From contig JAUGWO010000048.1 in NCBI GenBank assembly GCA_049724395.1, positions 124,001 to 181,685 of the forward strand: DNA of 57,685 nt. Direction: 5' to 3'. The stretch's first letter is position 1. Every line of letters begins with the position of its first letter. The notes under the pieces were generated by a model. That model saw only the letters and a program-made list of their open reading frames with translations, was not told the DNA's origin and searched no databases. This DNA is from Spongospora subterranea f. sp. subterranea (taxonomy: Eukaryota). Positions 11,964 to 23,229 of this stretch are shown in pieces. A program made the translations under genes and the position numbers.

Positions 11964-12894
11964 TATAATAGTTATAACACCTATTCTGGTAATTTCGTGG
12001 GTTTGATTCGACATTCTACCAGGTTGTGGCGTTTTCAAAAATTCTCTGACGCAACATCGAGACCAACCGCACAGAGTTGTGAATCGGCATCTTCCGGGAT
12101 TCATTTGCTACAATATGAGGAGTTTGTTTGGAAGGCGTTGATGTGAGGTCCGACACAGTTTATCACATTTGATATGATGCGTTTAACTGGGAATTGAAAA
12201 CCGGGTTTGTGAAACCTCTTAAAATCTGAGAGCGTCAGAATCTCGAAAAACGAATCCAAACACAAAAGATAGACAGGCTTCGATTTGCGAAACGGGGAGG
12301 TATAATGTGAATTGGTGTCCACATCAGACAATGTGAAATCCCAAGTCTGAATTCAGTGTTTGGCATCTGAGTTATTTTTTTTTCTTCTTTTGAATTTCAG
12401 CGAAGCCAGAGGACATCTCGTGCTTTATGATTGCGACCGCAACACGATCCTCACGATTTCGATTTTCGACTAGACAAACATTGCTTTGTGTTCTAGCTGG
12501 ACGTCGAAAGCACAGAAGGTCGTGGACCTTGTAACTTGATTCTATGCGACAAAAGCGTTGCAAGAGTTTGTCGCATCTTATATCCGGTCTACTCCTATAT
12601 TTTTACCCTAGGAGCGGTGGAGTTGACGCAAATTAATTGGTGATTTTGCAAATTAAAACTTCTGTGGCGCTTTTAGGAACGTATTTTGCAAAATTGGTAC
12701 TAAAAACGTTGCAAAAACCAATTTTGAGCTTTGACCTAAATATTCCGGCGGCAAATTGAAAATTCCCCTTTGGAATACGGGGTCAAGTTCTTCTTCGATG
12801 CATCATAAAGACCCGTTTGCAGCGATGACGCTCCCACCGACATTGCCGTTTTGAAGGTTGGATGGTATGCAATACACTATTTGTGTAGGGAGCC

Positions 12895-13600
12895 ATGTCG
12901 GACCTCAATGATCACTACATGCAAGTAGTGCTGCAACTTTCCCCCAACGAGCGCCGGTTTTTGGAGTTCTTCCGAACAACTCGTGCGACGTTCTTTGCAT
13001 TGAGAAGTGCGATCGTGGTAAGGGGAGGATTATTACCTTCCCGTGGTGTCAGCACGGAAGAGCAATTGGCTATTTTCTTGTATATCGTTGACCATAATGC
13101 ATCCAACCGAAGTGCCTCAGAACGGTTTCAACACTCGGGAGAAGCGATTAGCAGATATAAAACTTTGCAGTATACAATGTCATGACAATACTGACTCGCT
13201 GTTAAGATACTTCAACGCTCTAGTGAACATGGCTGGCGATTACATCACCTTGCCATCTGGCGTAACCCCACCAGAAGTGATTACAAACAGGAAAGTCTTC
13301 CAGTATGATTGTATCGGTGCTTTTGGACGTTGGACGGAACACATATTCCAGCAAATCCACCGCGAGAACAGGCTGTGCCGTTCCGGAACCGAAAAGGCTT
13401 TTACAGCCAGAACGATCTCGCGGCAAGCTTCTTTGATATGACAGATGGTGCTGTTTTCGGGAATGCCAGATCGAGATCTTTCGTTATCCCACATGGCAAA
13501 TACTACCTTGACGACGCCGGTTATGGGCTATCCAAAGGTTGTCTGACACCTTTTCGTGGCGTACGATATCATCTCAAAGAATGGGACAAGGAAACGAAAA
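12895..13600 (+). mobile_element. Decayed PIF/Harbinger (DDE_Tnp_4) transposase fragment
   Basis: EEQLAIFLYIV.HNASNR..SERFQHSGEAISRY, DCIGA/DGTHIPA, FRNRKGFYSQN, GKYYL.DAGY, PFRGVRYHLKEW; frameshifted and truncated. Confidence 0.9.
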
Positions 13601-13759
13601 GTATCATATTATTATCTGCAATGAGCCTGATCGAACTCACTTTCGTCCTGACTGCAACCGTGGCTGTTGATATGGTAGGTGCCTTGTTGAGTCGCTTCGT
13701 GCTGCCAACGTCTTGTTGTCGGCACGATTCGTACAAACTTAGCACTTCGTTGCAATGAA

Positions 13760-14930
13760 TGACACATTCTATGCAAGCGTGAGGATGTCTAAAATGCTCA
13801 GGGCCGCGTTCACCCACAGCAATCCTGTCGAATGGCGGTCAACGCCCGACCCATTCTTTGGTCACTGCGTCCACACACCGACAATGTATTCGGAAACGGT
13901 GTGAAGGGTCTCCATCTTCCACCCTCCTTTAAAGCTTAGGTGGTGAACTTCTACATCTGAACCTGACTGTGCCACATCTGATGTTGCTCCACGCCGGATG
14001 GAATGCAACGCGTAATTCTGTTGCAAAGAATCAAACCCTCGCTGGGTCTGCATCAAGTAGTCAGTTCAGTGAAGAAGATTACAGGTTTCAAAAATGTATT
14101 TTACCACATCAAGATCAGGAATCAGGGTGATGATCTCGCCCAGCGAGTGGAACCAACAGCCCTTCCATCTGAGATTCTCGAAATAGATATTGATTTTTGT
14201 TCCTTTCCTGTTTTTAAGTCGAGACACGTTTTCCGAAACTGATCGGGTAGCTTCTTTCCATTTACTACCTGACTTTGATGAAGCAAGCACGCTTCTCCAG
14301 CGCGCCCAAGGATTTGCCATTGATTATCGAATAAAAAACCATTAGAAATCGATATCAATCAAATTGTGTGATTATCAAGCAGTATACCGATCATTGGCAC
14401 TTTTGACAAAGTCGTTATCCGCAAAGAACAGAGCCCGTGCGCAATCATATTGATCATCATTTGTAGTTTAAAGGCACGATCGATAATTGGCCGGTTTTCC
14501 GAACGACATTGTTGCGCAAATTTCTTTGCTACAGTACGTTCTTCCTCAAAGGTCTGAACCAATCCTTCTCTTCCACCTCTGTGACAATGCAAAGGAAATG
14601 TTCCTGTACTTGTCGATCAGTCCATTATTTGATGCAAAATATAAGCATGCGCGCATTGGATTTTGTTGATCGAGGAAAGTTGAAACAAATACGTCCAATA
14701 AAAGATTGGTTGACTATCTCTGATGCACAGAGTGTCCCAACTGGTCGCAAGCACAGACGTTTCTAAAGCCAGAAACTTTCTGAGATGACGAATTGCAGTT
14801 TGAAGTTTTTTGCCTTCTTCTTTTCCCAACGGTCTGTTAGCTGCCATCCTGAAGAACGTTAAGACATGATCATATGGTGTGACATCGCACTGCTCTTGAT
14901 CGCTAGACATGGCTAATCTTGCAGACAAGA
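13760..14930 (-). mobile_element. Decayed Crypton-like tyrosine recombinase
   Basis: Ordered YR motifs in several frames: WQILGRAGE (R), LKTGK (K), HSIRRGA (HxxR), GGW and EY (Y); frameshifts; no adjacent RT seen. Confidence 0.7.
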
Positions 14931-15882
14931 TCGATATAGCGGATGGATTGTCTATAACTATAATCAGTGGATTTTTGAAGTGGTTGTGTCATCTGCACAT
15001 AACCAATGATACTACAACCACTTCAATGATTCACGCGTTATCGGTACCGACAATCCAGCCTCTATTATATATCGCTCTCGCCGGCCAGAATCAAACTGAG
15101 CAATGTACAACAATGAGAAGCCAAAATAATGCGGAAAATTTGCAAACTGGTAAAACTCTGACACCTAAGATGGTCAATCAAGATTTGGTCGAAAGATATT
15201 CAACGAATTTGTTCAACTCCCTTCGATCAACAAAATTAAATGGGTTCTGCCAAAACAACGCAAAACTCAACCAATACGTATCTCTTTCAGTAATCCATAA
15301 ACAAGATCCAGTGTGCTCACGCTTATGAAAGCGCAATCGCTGTTCGGCCTGTAAAATAGATGATAGTTTACATTGGACAAGAAAACCGCTGTTCAGTTTC
15401 GCCTGCGGCGAGCTGTTGTAGCTTAGGGCGAATGCCAGTGAGCCCGGAGCTACAATAGCTCGCCGCAGGCGAAACTGAAAATGAACCTTGGACAATGAAA
15501 TCGACGTTCGGATTCGCTATCAGTGAGGAGACAGTGCCCCTAGATTCCAAATATACACTTTATGTTCCCCCCCGGGCCCCGATCAGAGCCGAATGATAAT
15601 AGTGTACACCCCCGACCATGTTGAGTTATTTATGCCGTGGAGTAAATTCAGTGGTAATTGTAGCAATATTTTTGCTTCTCATACGCACTGCAAATGCTTG
15701 AAGACTCCTTGACGCCATGCGAGTTCATTGGTCTTTTTCTCATTTACACGCACGTGAACGTGTGCAAATACAAGATGTTTGGTTTGTAAGGCACTGTACA
15801 TTCAAATTTGAGGGTCGAAAACATGATTAAAACAAGTAAATACCGATTACATATACGCAAAGAACAGTCATCAACTCTCGAG

Positions 15883-15991
15883 CATTTCCTCAGCGATGGA
15901 ATCGCAAATCAGTCGAGATTCAACGATTGGAGTTTCCTCTTTATATGCTCGTAGATTCTCGACTGATTTGCGGTATCATCGCTGAAGAATG
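15883..15991. other. Imperfect long hairpin, pre-miRNA-like
   Basis: Arm catttcctcagcgatggaatcgcaaatcagtcgagattcaacga pairs with tcgtagattctcgactgatttgcggtatcatcgctgaagaatg; loop about 22 nt. Confidence 0.75.
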
Positions 15992-16204
15992 TGATAAGAA
16001 GCTTCCTTAGTTTCAATGCTGCCCTCAACATATCGGACGTCTGTTCTGCCTTGTCTCATGATGTAGGCAGCGCATTCACTCATGTGACTGCGAATTTGAA
16101 GCAGTACCGCTAGAGCACGATGGTCTCGCGACTCCACTTTTCAAAACCAAATACAGCGGCGCATTCGTATTGGCTGGAACGTCTTTCTTTTTTATCAAAT
16201 CTAC

Positions 16205-16462
16205 TGTCCATGAGACCGAATGCAGCCCCAATTCTGTGGGAGTTATGCTCATTGCGATTTGGTTGAATTTTCTTATCAGTATGGGGTGCACGCAAAACCA
16301 CGTGTCAACCCCGGATGACACAAAGCCGATGATCATCTTTTTTTACATGCATTCGTACAGACCCGACAGATGCATTGTTTTTGCCAGCCATGCAATCGTT
16401 CTGGCCGTCACTCAACGACAGCGAGAACAGTGCAGTTAGGCCAGCGAGTCACAGATTTGCGA
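16205..16462. repeat. About 255-bp segment duplicated in inverted orientation at 22066-22320
   Basis: Near-identical reverse-complement match, also visible as duplicated spurious ORFs in the track. Confidence 0.95.
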
Positions 16463-16484
16463 ACATCAATTAGATAGCCGCATC

Positions 16485-17267
16485 ATGAAGAGCGATAACA
16501 AGGGAAAGGAATGGTTGACATCAGCGATCAAAACCGGCGGGATTGCTATATCTGGTGCAATTCTCGGTGCTTGTGTATCGTTCATTGCCAATTGTAGTTT
16601 AGTGGAAATAAGTCTGAACCCGTTTTTCGGTTTTGTGAGTGATCTCATACATTTTGTTTGGGAGCAATAACTGAGCGATCTGCTGTCCTTTGTTCAGTAC
16701 TTTGGGCTCTTGTTCCTGTTTATTGGCGGTATTATCTTCTGGCGCGTCAAGTCTCTGTCTCACCCAAAATCTTTGCTGTTGCTTATGTTTTCATCGCTCG
16801 TCATCGCATCCGGGTTTATATGCTTTGTTCTGGATACACCCATCGTTTCAAGATTCGGTTGGGCGTCAAAGGTTCCTTTGTTCTGCTGTCTAGGCATATC
16901 CGTTGTTTTCGCGTTGCTGTTCGCTATCCTTGATATTGTCAACTTCATGGTGACCACATGTCAGACAGAGACGTCCCCAGGTTTAATCGAGACCGAGGAA
17001 CAAGTACACTTAATTCTGGCCACATCTGTCTGCATGGGAATTGTGTTCGGATTCGTTTTCGGAATGTTGGATGTGGAAGATGTACAGATTTCGCATCTGC
17101 GTTTGGCGTTTATGCGAGATCAGAGCATTTGCTACCCGATTGGGGCAGCCCTGGGCGCAATTGCCGCTATGTTTAATCATCATCTCGCAGCTCGGCAGCC
17201 GAAATATGCATTCACTGCCCTTAGCTCGGATGACACCTTCATCGACGATCTCGACGATGATCTCTGA
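16485..17267 (+). CDS. Multipass membrane protein of unknown function, 2 exons
   Basis: About 6 hydrophobic helices; intron gtgagt (16635) to ttcag (16698) joins NPFFGF to YFGLLF in frame; acidic tail. Confidence 0.8.
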
Positions 17268-17771
17268 TAAATCTAATGGTTTTTCTCAAAAAGTGATATT
17301 GTGATGAGTGGGTAAATAACGATAGCGTGTTGAAAACGAAGCTTAATCACTCTTATTCTGCACACTGTAAAAGGCTTATGAATGCAGTTAAAAGTAAATA
17401 ACCTTATACTACAAGAAGTGCAGTGCCTTCGGGTCTGACTTGACGTGATGGGCTGGTGGCACTTTGCTGTGAAATAAATCTAACAGGATGATGTATTTTG
17501 ATGTTGCGCGGGAGACGAGGGCGCCGTAACACAGGTGCATGACAACAGCAGGTCTATCTGTCAGCGTCGTGAGTGACTAAAACGTGACACATTGCCGTGA
17601 TGTGCTTCGGCACCCATACCCTGTGTCGATGCCTATCGAGCCTCAGCACTTTCGAAAAATTAAATCCGTGGCGAGACGTTGGTGAATTAATTGGTCAGGC
17701 AAGGGAATAAGATTGGAGTGCGGGAAGCTGCCGTTTATTCGACGGGGCTGTGCAAAGCTGAAATTGTCGCG

Positions 17772-20422
17772 ATGTCGGATCCATCTGTAACATGTATGGA
17801 TGGATTCGATTCTGGTTTTACGCCAGATCGCCGCCTTTCGATCGCCCTTGTGTCGGATTTTTCCTATCCTCGTATGGGGGGCGTTGAAATGCACCAATAT
17901 TACTTAGCGCAGGTTCGAAGCTCAGTGTTGATAATCCTTCGCGTATATTTTTCGTACCATGGAATTTTTGCAATTTTATTTTCGATAGTTTGCTAGTTGT
18001 TGAAATTGGTGCACTATTCATTGCTTGAAACTTACTTTTGTTTGCGTCAGGGTTTAATTCGGCGAAAACATAAGGTAATGCTATTGCACTTGCATTTAGC
18101 CTGACCTGTATATCAATGCAATGTTGTTCTTATTATTTTGTGTTTTTCTTATTATTTTGTGTTTTTGCTGTTGATATTTTTTGCTAATAATTACTTTGTG
18201 AAGGTGATTCTTATCACGGGAACATATGAGGGGGAACGACAGGGCGTGCGATATTTATCACAGGGATTGAAGGTTTATTACTGTCCCATTAGAGTTATTG
18301 TTCAACAGGCTGGGGCCCCTACACTTTTGTGTTTTCTTCCCCTCTTTCGTAATATTCTCATACGTGAAAAGGTCTGTCAACTAGGTTTGTCGTCTATGCT
18401 ATGCTTTGTTTTTTATAAATGCTGTGCTATTTTGTAGCTGGTATATATGGTTTTGCTGAATATTTGCGCGTCTGTTGCTTATTTCATTCCCGACGATGTT
18501 TTAGATCGATGTCGTTCACGGTCATCAAAGCACGTCCGCATTGGCCGCTGAAGCAATAGTGCATGCCAAAACAATGGGATTCAAGGCGATTTACACTGAC
18601 CATTCCTTATTCGGCTTCGCTGATGCCGCCGCCATTCACGTCAATAAGCTGATCAAAATGTGGTTAACTGAGATTGATCATGTGAGGAATTTGAAAAAAT
18701 GATTTCAGCTACGCTGTAACCGTCTTATGATAGGTGATTTGTGTCTCGCATACATCTCGGGAGAATCTCGTTCTACGCGCCTATCTCGACCCCAGAGATG
18801 TAATATCCTGTTGTTTTTCATGTTTCATTTGATTTGCTGCTGGTTTAGCCCTGCGTTTTTCAAACATATTTCTTGTCTCCTTTAGCTGTAAATTGTCCAT
18901 GGCCTATATCAGTTTTCCGACAGTTGTAATTAGATCTCTGTTATCCCGAATGCGGTTGATGCCACCAAATTTACACCTGATCCCACTGCAGCACCTCCAA
19001 CGAAAGATCGTATCAACATTGTTTTATTAAGTCGGCTGGTTTACAGGAAGGTACCTATTATATTTCTGTTCCGCAGACGTATTTTTCCCTTTGTCTTCTT
19101 GTCATCATAACAACTCGTTTGCTTTTATGGCACGGCGAAATTTAACAAGAAACCCGAATTTAGGGAATCGATCTCGCCGTGGACGTAATTCCTGAGATTT
19201 GTGCCAGGTTTTCCAATGTATACTTCATAATCGGTGGAGATGGTCCCAAGCGTATCCTACTTGAGGAGATGCGTGAAAAGTATCAGGTTGGTTCTTATTT
19301 ATTTTCGTAGTGGGTTGTTTATCATATCACATTTACGAGCATTTTAATCTGACTAGATTTTTCCTCGATTTAACTTGTTACCGGTCATTGCATATTTCAA
19401 ACATCTTGTGGCATCAAACATGTTCATTTATCTGAAAAAATTGCGCTTTTCAATTTTGATTAAAGTTCTTCTATTGCGCTTCAGTTTTTATTGAATTGTG
19501 GAGATCTTCCTTCTTATTGTCAATACGTTTTATGGCAGTTGCATGACCGAATCGAAATGTTGGGCGCAATTCAGCACTCCGATGTTCGCAATGTTTTGGT
19601 GCGAGGACATATTTTTCTGAATTGTTCCCTGACGGAAGCATTTTGCATTGCAATACTAGAAGCAGTGTCTTGCGGTACTCATCCACTTTACCTCCAAGTT
19701 TGAATATTGTTTTTCAAAAATGTTTTGCATTTACTCTTCCAATATGTGAATGACTTCCAAATTGTAGGACTTTACACAGTTTCCACTCGTGTTGGTGGAA
19801 TTAGCGAAGTCCTACCTGAATCGATGATCACGCTGACTGAACCATCAGCACCAGATATTATTGAAGCTGTTGCCAAGGCAATTGGTCACGTACGCAGAGT
19901 ACGCCCACAAGCATTGCACGAAGAAGTATGTATTTTGTCTTACGACTAAAATTCGGACATAGTGTCTTCCTGCAATGGATGCGAACAGCTAGGTTTTTAT
20001 TCTATTGGTCCGAACTTAGTTTCATTTTGTCTTCCTAATCTGCTACAGTCAGTTGACCGAAATCCCAACAGGTTAGGCGCATGTATAACTGGAATAATGT
20101 AGTGGAGCGTACCGAAAGGGTTTATTTCAAAGTTTTGAAAAACCGGCCTGAACCGCTTAGCGTCCGGTTGCGAAGGTCGGTTCTTGTTTTGGGCAAAAAT
20201 TAATCAAGGCTCAATACAGTTGTTTTTCTGTTTAGGTATTACGCCTGCGGTCCTGCCGCTGGCCTCATGTTCAGTGCTATGATTGCACTTAACTATCTCT
20301 GGTTTCGGTTGATTGACCGGTGGATGCCTGCGTCATCGATTGATGAGGCTGTAGACTTCCCCGATGATCTTTTCGCTGATCTCGACGATAACGACTTTAT
20401 GGTCAGTATCGTCTTTGTTTAA
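17772..20422 (+). CDS. PIGA: Phosphatidylinositol N-acetylglucosaminyltransferase subunit A (GPI biosynthesis), about 11 exons
   Basis: [78 protein letters not shown] motifs; 3' end approximate. Confidence 0.95.
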
Positions 20423-21435
20423 CATCGACAATTCTCAGACAATGATTAGGTTGATGCCCCTCATGATTATCGTCACGTTTCATCGAAATTCAATGGGACC
20501 GCCAGGTCGAATAATAAAATATTGCCTCATTCTGGTTAATCTCGTAGTTTTGACGTTCGGGAGAGAACAGCGGCTAACATTTTCTCAGTCATCAATATTA
20601 ACAAACGAGATCCCATCGCTAAGCAGATCAAATCTTTTCTGCCATTTATTATTCCGTTCTTTCCCTCAGAATTACAACAGGATCTGCAGAATCCCAACGG
20701 CATATATTTTGAAGTCGGTAATCTGGATGATAATCCACGCCTTGGGATTGAGTTTGTGACAGGTGATTTGGATCGTAACGCCCTTTTTTGAAAACCTGAT
20801 TAGGCGTGGATTATCATCCAGATTGCCGATTTTGAAAATATGCCGTTGGGATCCTGTAGAGTCAAAACGAACAAACGATGTGGGACGAAAAGGAAGAACC
20901 TGTTGGTAACGATCAATGAGGTTTGATGAGATTAATAGCGAAATCAGTTTGCGCAGATTCTTTCGGTAACCGTGTGCTGTGAAGACGTAAGTTCCTTTTC
21001 GTCCCACATCGTTTGTTCGATTTGATTTGCGGATTGTGGTTCTTTTTGGAATAGGTTTGCTTGATGCTTTTGGAGGCTTTAGAGTTTGCTTTTTCGCCAC
21101 GACCTTGCGTCTTGGGGGGTGGCGTTTCTTGTTTTGTGATAAAAGCTCCTTTGAGCATTCTCCTAGACGTTCTTCTTCACTCAGATTATCAATGCACAAT
21201 ACTTGCTTTGCTGGCTGGCTGGCATATGTAATTAACAGAGAAGCGAGGCGCCGTTCAGCTGATGAAAAGAAGAATGCTATAGTAGAGATTACTCAGGAAA
21301 CTTTAGGGAAACTATTATCAAAAACGAGAAACGCCACCCCCAGTCGTGGCGAAAAAGCACAATACTTGCTTTGCTGGCTGGCTGCGTATGTAATTAGCAG
21401 AGAAGCGAGGCTTTAAGAGTTTAGATCGGTAACGA

Positions 21436-21660
21436 TCAATGAGGGTGATGAGATCGGTCTGGGCCAGGAAGAGCGTTAGGATCTAACTGGTTAAAGAAGT
21501 CTTTGATGCGGACGGCGCGTTTTAAACGTTGGAAAGCTAGAGCGTATGTCATGGCTATAGGTTCTTTCGGCCCAGGACAGAAGTTAACGCCGAGAGCTAA
21601 AATTCTAGCAGGCAAATCTGGTAAGTCTGACGAACAGGTCACTTCTGAAAAAAACTCGAC
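21436..21660 (-). mobile_element. Possible Penelope-like retroelement N-terminal fragment
   Basis: ILALGVNFCPGP...AFQRLKRAVRIKDFF resembles the L..GL.F.P / F.R..R...FF pre-RT motif of PLEs; no RT core seen. Confidence 0.45.
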
Positions 21661-22065
21661 ATCATCAACTCCTAAGAGTTTGCCGAACTAATACCTTCAT
21701 GGAAGATCGGCGTAATGCATGCTTACTCTCATTCCAATGTTTGAAAAGACAGAATTCCAGTCTTTCCAGGTTTGTGTAACTTAGGCAGAACGTGAAAGGC
21801 TGGGAATGTGTACTGGTGGACTTCTAGAAATTTGAGGATGGCGGGAGTGAAGACGGGATTGTGCTAGCACGTTCGGGTTCTTTCTATAGACCAGTAGAAT
21901 TTGTAGTTGGGCTAGCTGCGTCCACGGGTGGCGATTTAGTGTGCTGTGAAGACGTAGGTTAGGATGAAGGGCTGGCCGGTCTGGGACAGGAAGAGCGTCC
22001 CGAGAAACGCCACCCCCCAAGAGGCAAGGTCGTGGCGAAAAAGCAAACTCGGGGTGGCGTTTCTC

Positions 22066-22320
22066 TCGCAAATCTGTCGCTGGCCTAACTGCACTGTTCT
22101 CGCTGTCGTTGAGTGACGGCCAGAACTACTGCATGGCTGGCAAAAACAATGCATCTGTCGGGTCTGTACGAATGCATGTAAAACAAGATGATCATCGGCT
22201 TTGTGTCATCCGGGGTTGACAGGTGGTTTTGCGTGCACCCCATATTGATAAGAAAATTCAACCAAATCGCAATGAGCATAACTCCCACAGAATTGTTTTC
22301 TGCATTCGGTCTCATGGACA
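22066..22320. repeat. Inverted copy of 16205-16462
   Basis: Direct alignment. Confidence 0.95.
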
Positions 22321-22572
22321 CGTTGCTCTGGAGCAAAAAAATATGCGGAAATCAGAGGGTGAGTGATCTCTACTATAGCATTCTTCTTTTCATCAGCTAA
22401 ACGGCGCTTCTCGTCTTTGATTGCTTTATCTTTTGCATATTTTGCTTGTTGAATAAGGATGAATGAAGCGATGATTCGTCGAATGGCGGGATGCTAGGAG
22501 TTAATGATGTCGAGCTTTTCTTCAGGAGTAAGCACACCTAAATGAGCATTGACGTCAGCAACAATAGCGGAA

Positions 22573-22658
22573 AATTCGCACATGCGTCGATGAGTTACTG
22601 AAGTCTTTCTTTCGAATAATAGAAAGACTTCAGTAACTCATCGACGCATGTGCGAATT
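22573..22658. repeat. Perfect 38-bp stem hairpin with 10-nt loop
   Basis: 22573-22610 is the exact reverse complement of 22621-22658. Confidence 0.97.
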
Positions 22659-23229
22659 CATCTGCAACCACAACTAATTCTTGTCTGATTGTGTTATCTT
22701 GACTGCCGATGGGGTGACGCCGGCAAGTCAGTGTCCTGCCAGGTTGTCACTGCTTTTTCGTTCTGACTGGATTGGGGCCGGTATAACCGTGACAGGAACA
22801 TGAGTATCTGACGCAATGTCCCCGGCGTTAGCCCGGTTTCTAATTCATGAATTATTATCAAACGGAGATGGTTAACCAATTTGAAGCTCTCGCGATCAAA
22901 CGATATAACAAGGAAGATGAGAATTCACTCGAACTTTCCTCAAAGTTAGCGCTCAATTATCCTGAAAAAACTACTGCGAAATTGCACTCATTGAGGTGGC
23001 CGTTTTAGAATATGTCAATGAGATTTTCCAGAATCATGAGCAATGACCTCTTGTTCAGGCTGTTGCTCACGGGTCCTTTTGCCAGAACCAATTCTCATCA
23101 AGACCAACCACTACTTCGTATTTAGATCGCACCCTGCAGTTGACGACCCGTCGGACCAAGATCGGGTATTCACTACAGGATGTCATTGATCTGCGCTGGC
23201 AGAATCTCTTTGCCGCTATGTTCAATGGG

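Larger units (their letters stand above)
20691..22530. repeat. Patchwork of short direct and inverted repeats around a Penelope-like retroelement fragment
   Basis: Pairs 20691-20742/20801-20853 inv, 20867-20895/20991-21019 inv, 21082-21129/22003-22050 inv, 21194-21250/21358-21411 direct, 21248-21294/22361-22407 inv, 21641-21673/22496-22530 inv. Confidence 0.85.

Noticed and set aside
16076..16439. ORFs duplicated at 22085-22400
   Set aside because: Products of the inverted duplication, with no protein-like features
21255..21340. Hammerhead ribozyme (ctgatga ... gaaac) near the Penelope-like fragment
   Set aside because: I could not build stems I-III around the core; needs an Infernal scan
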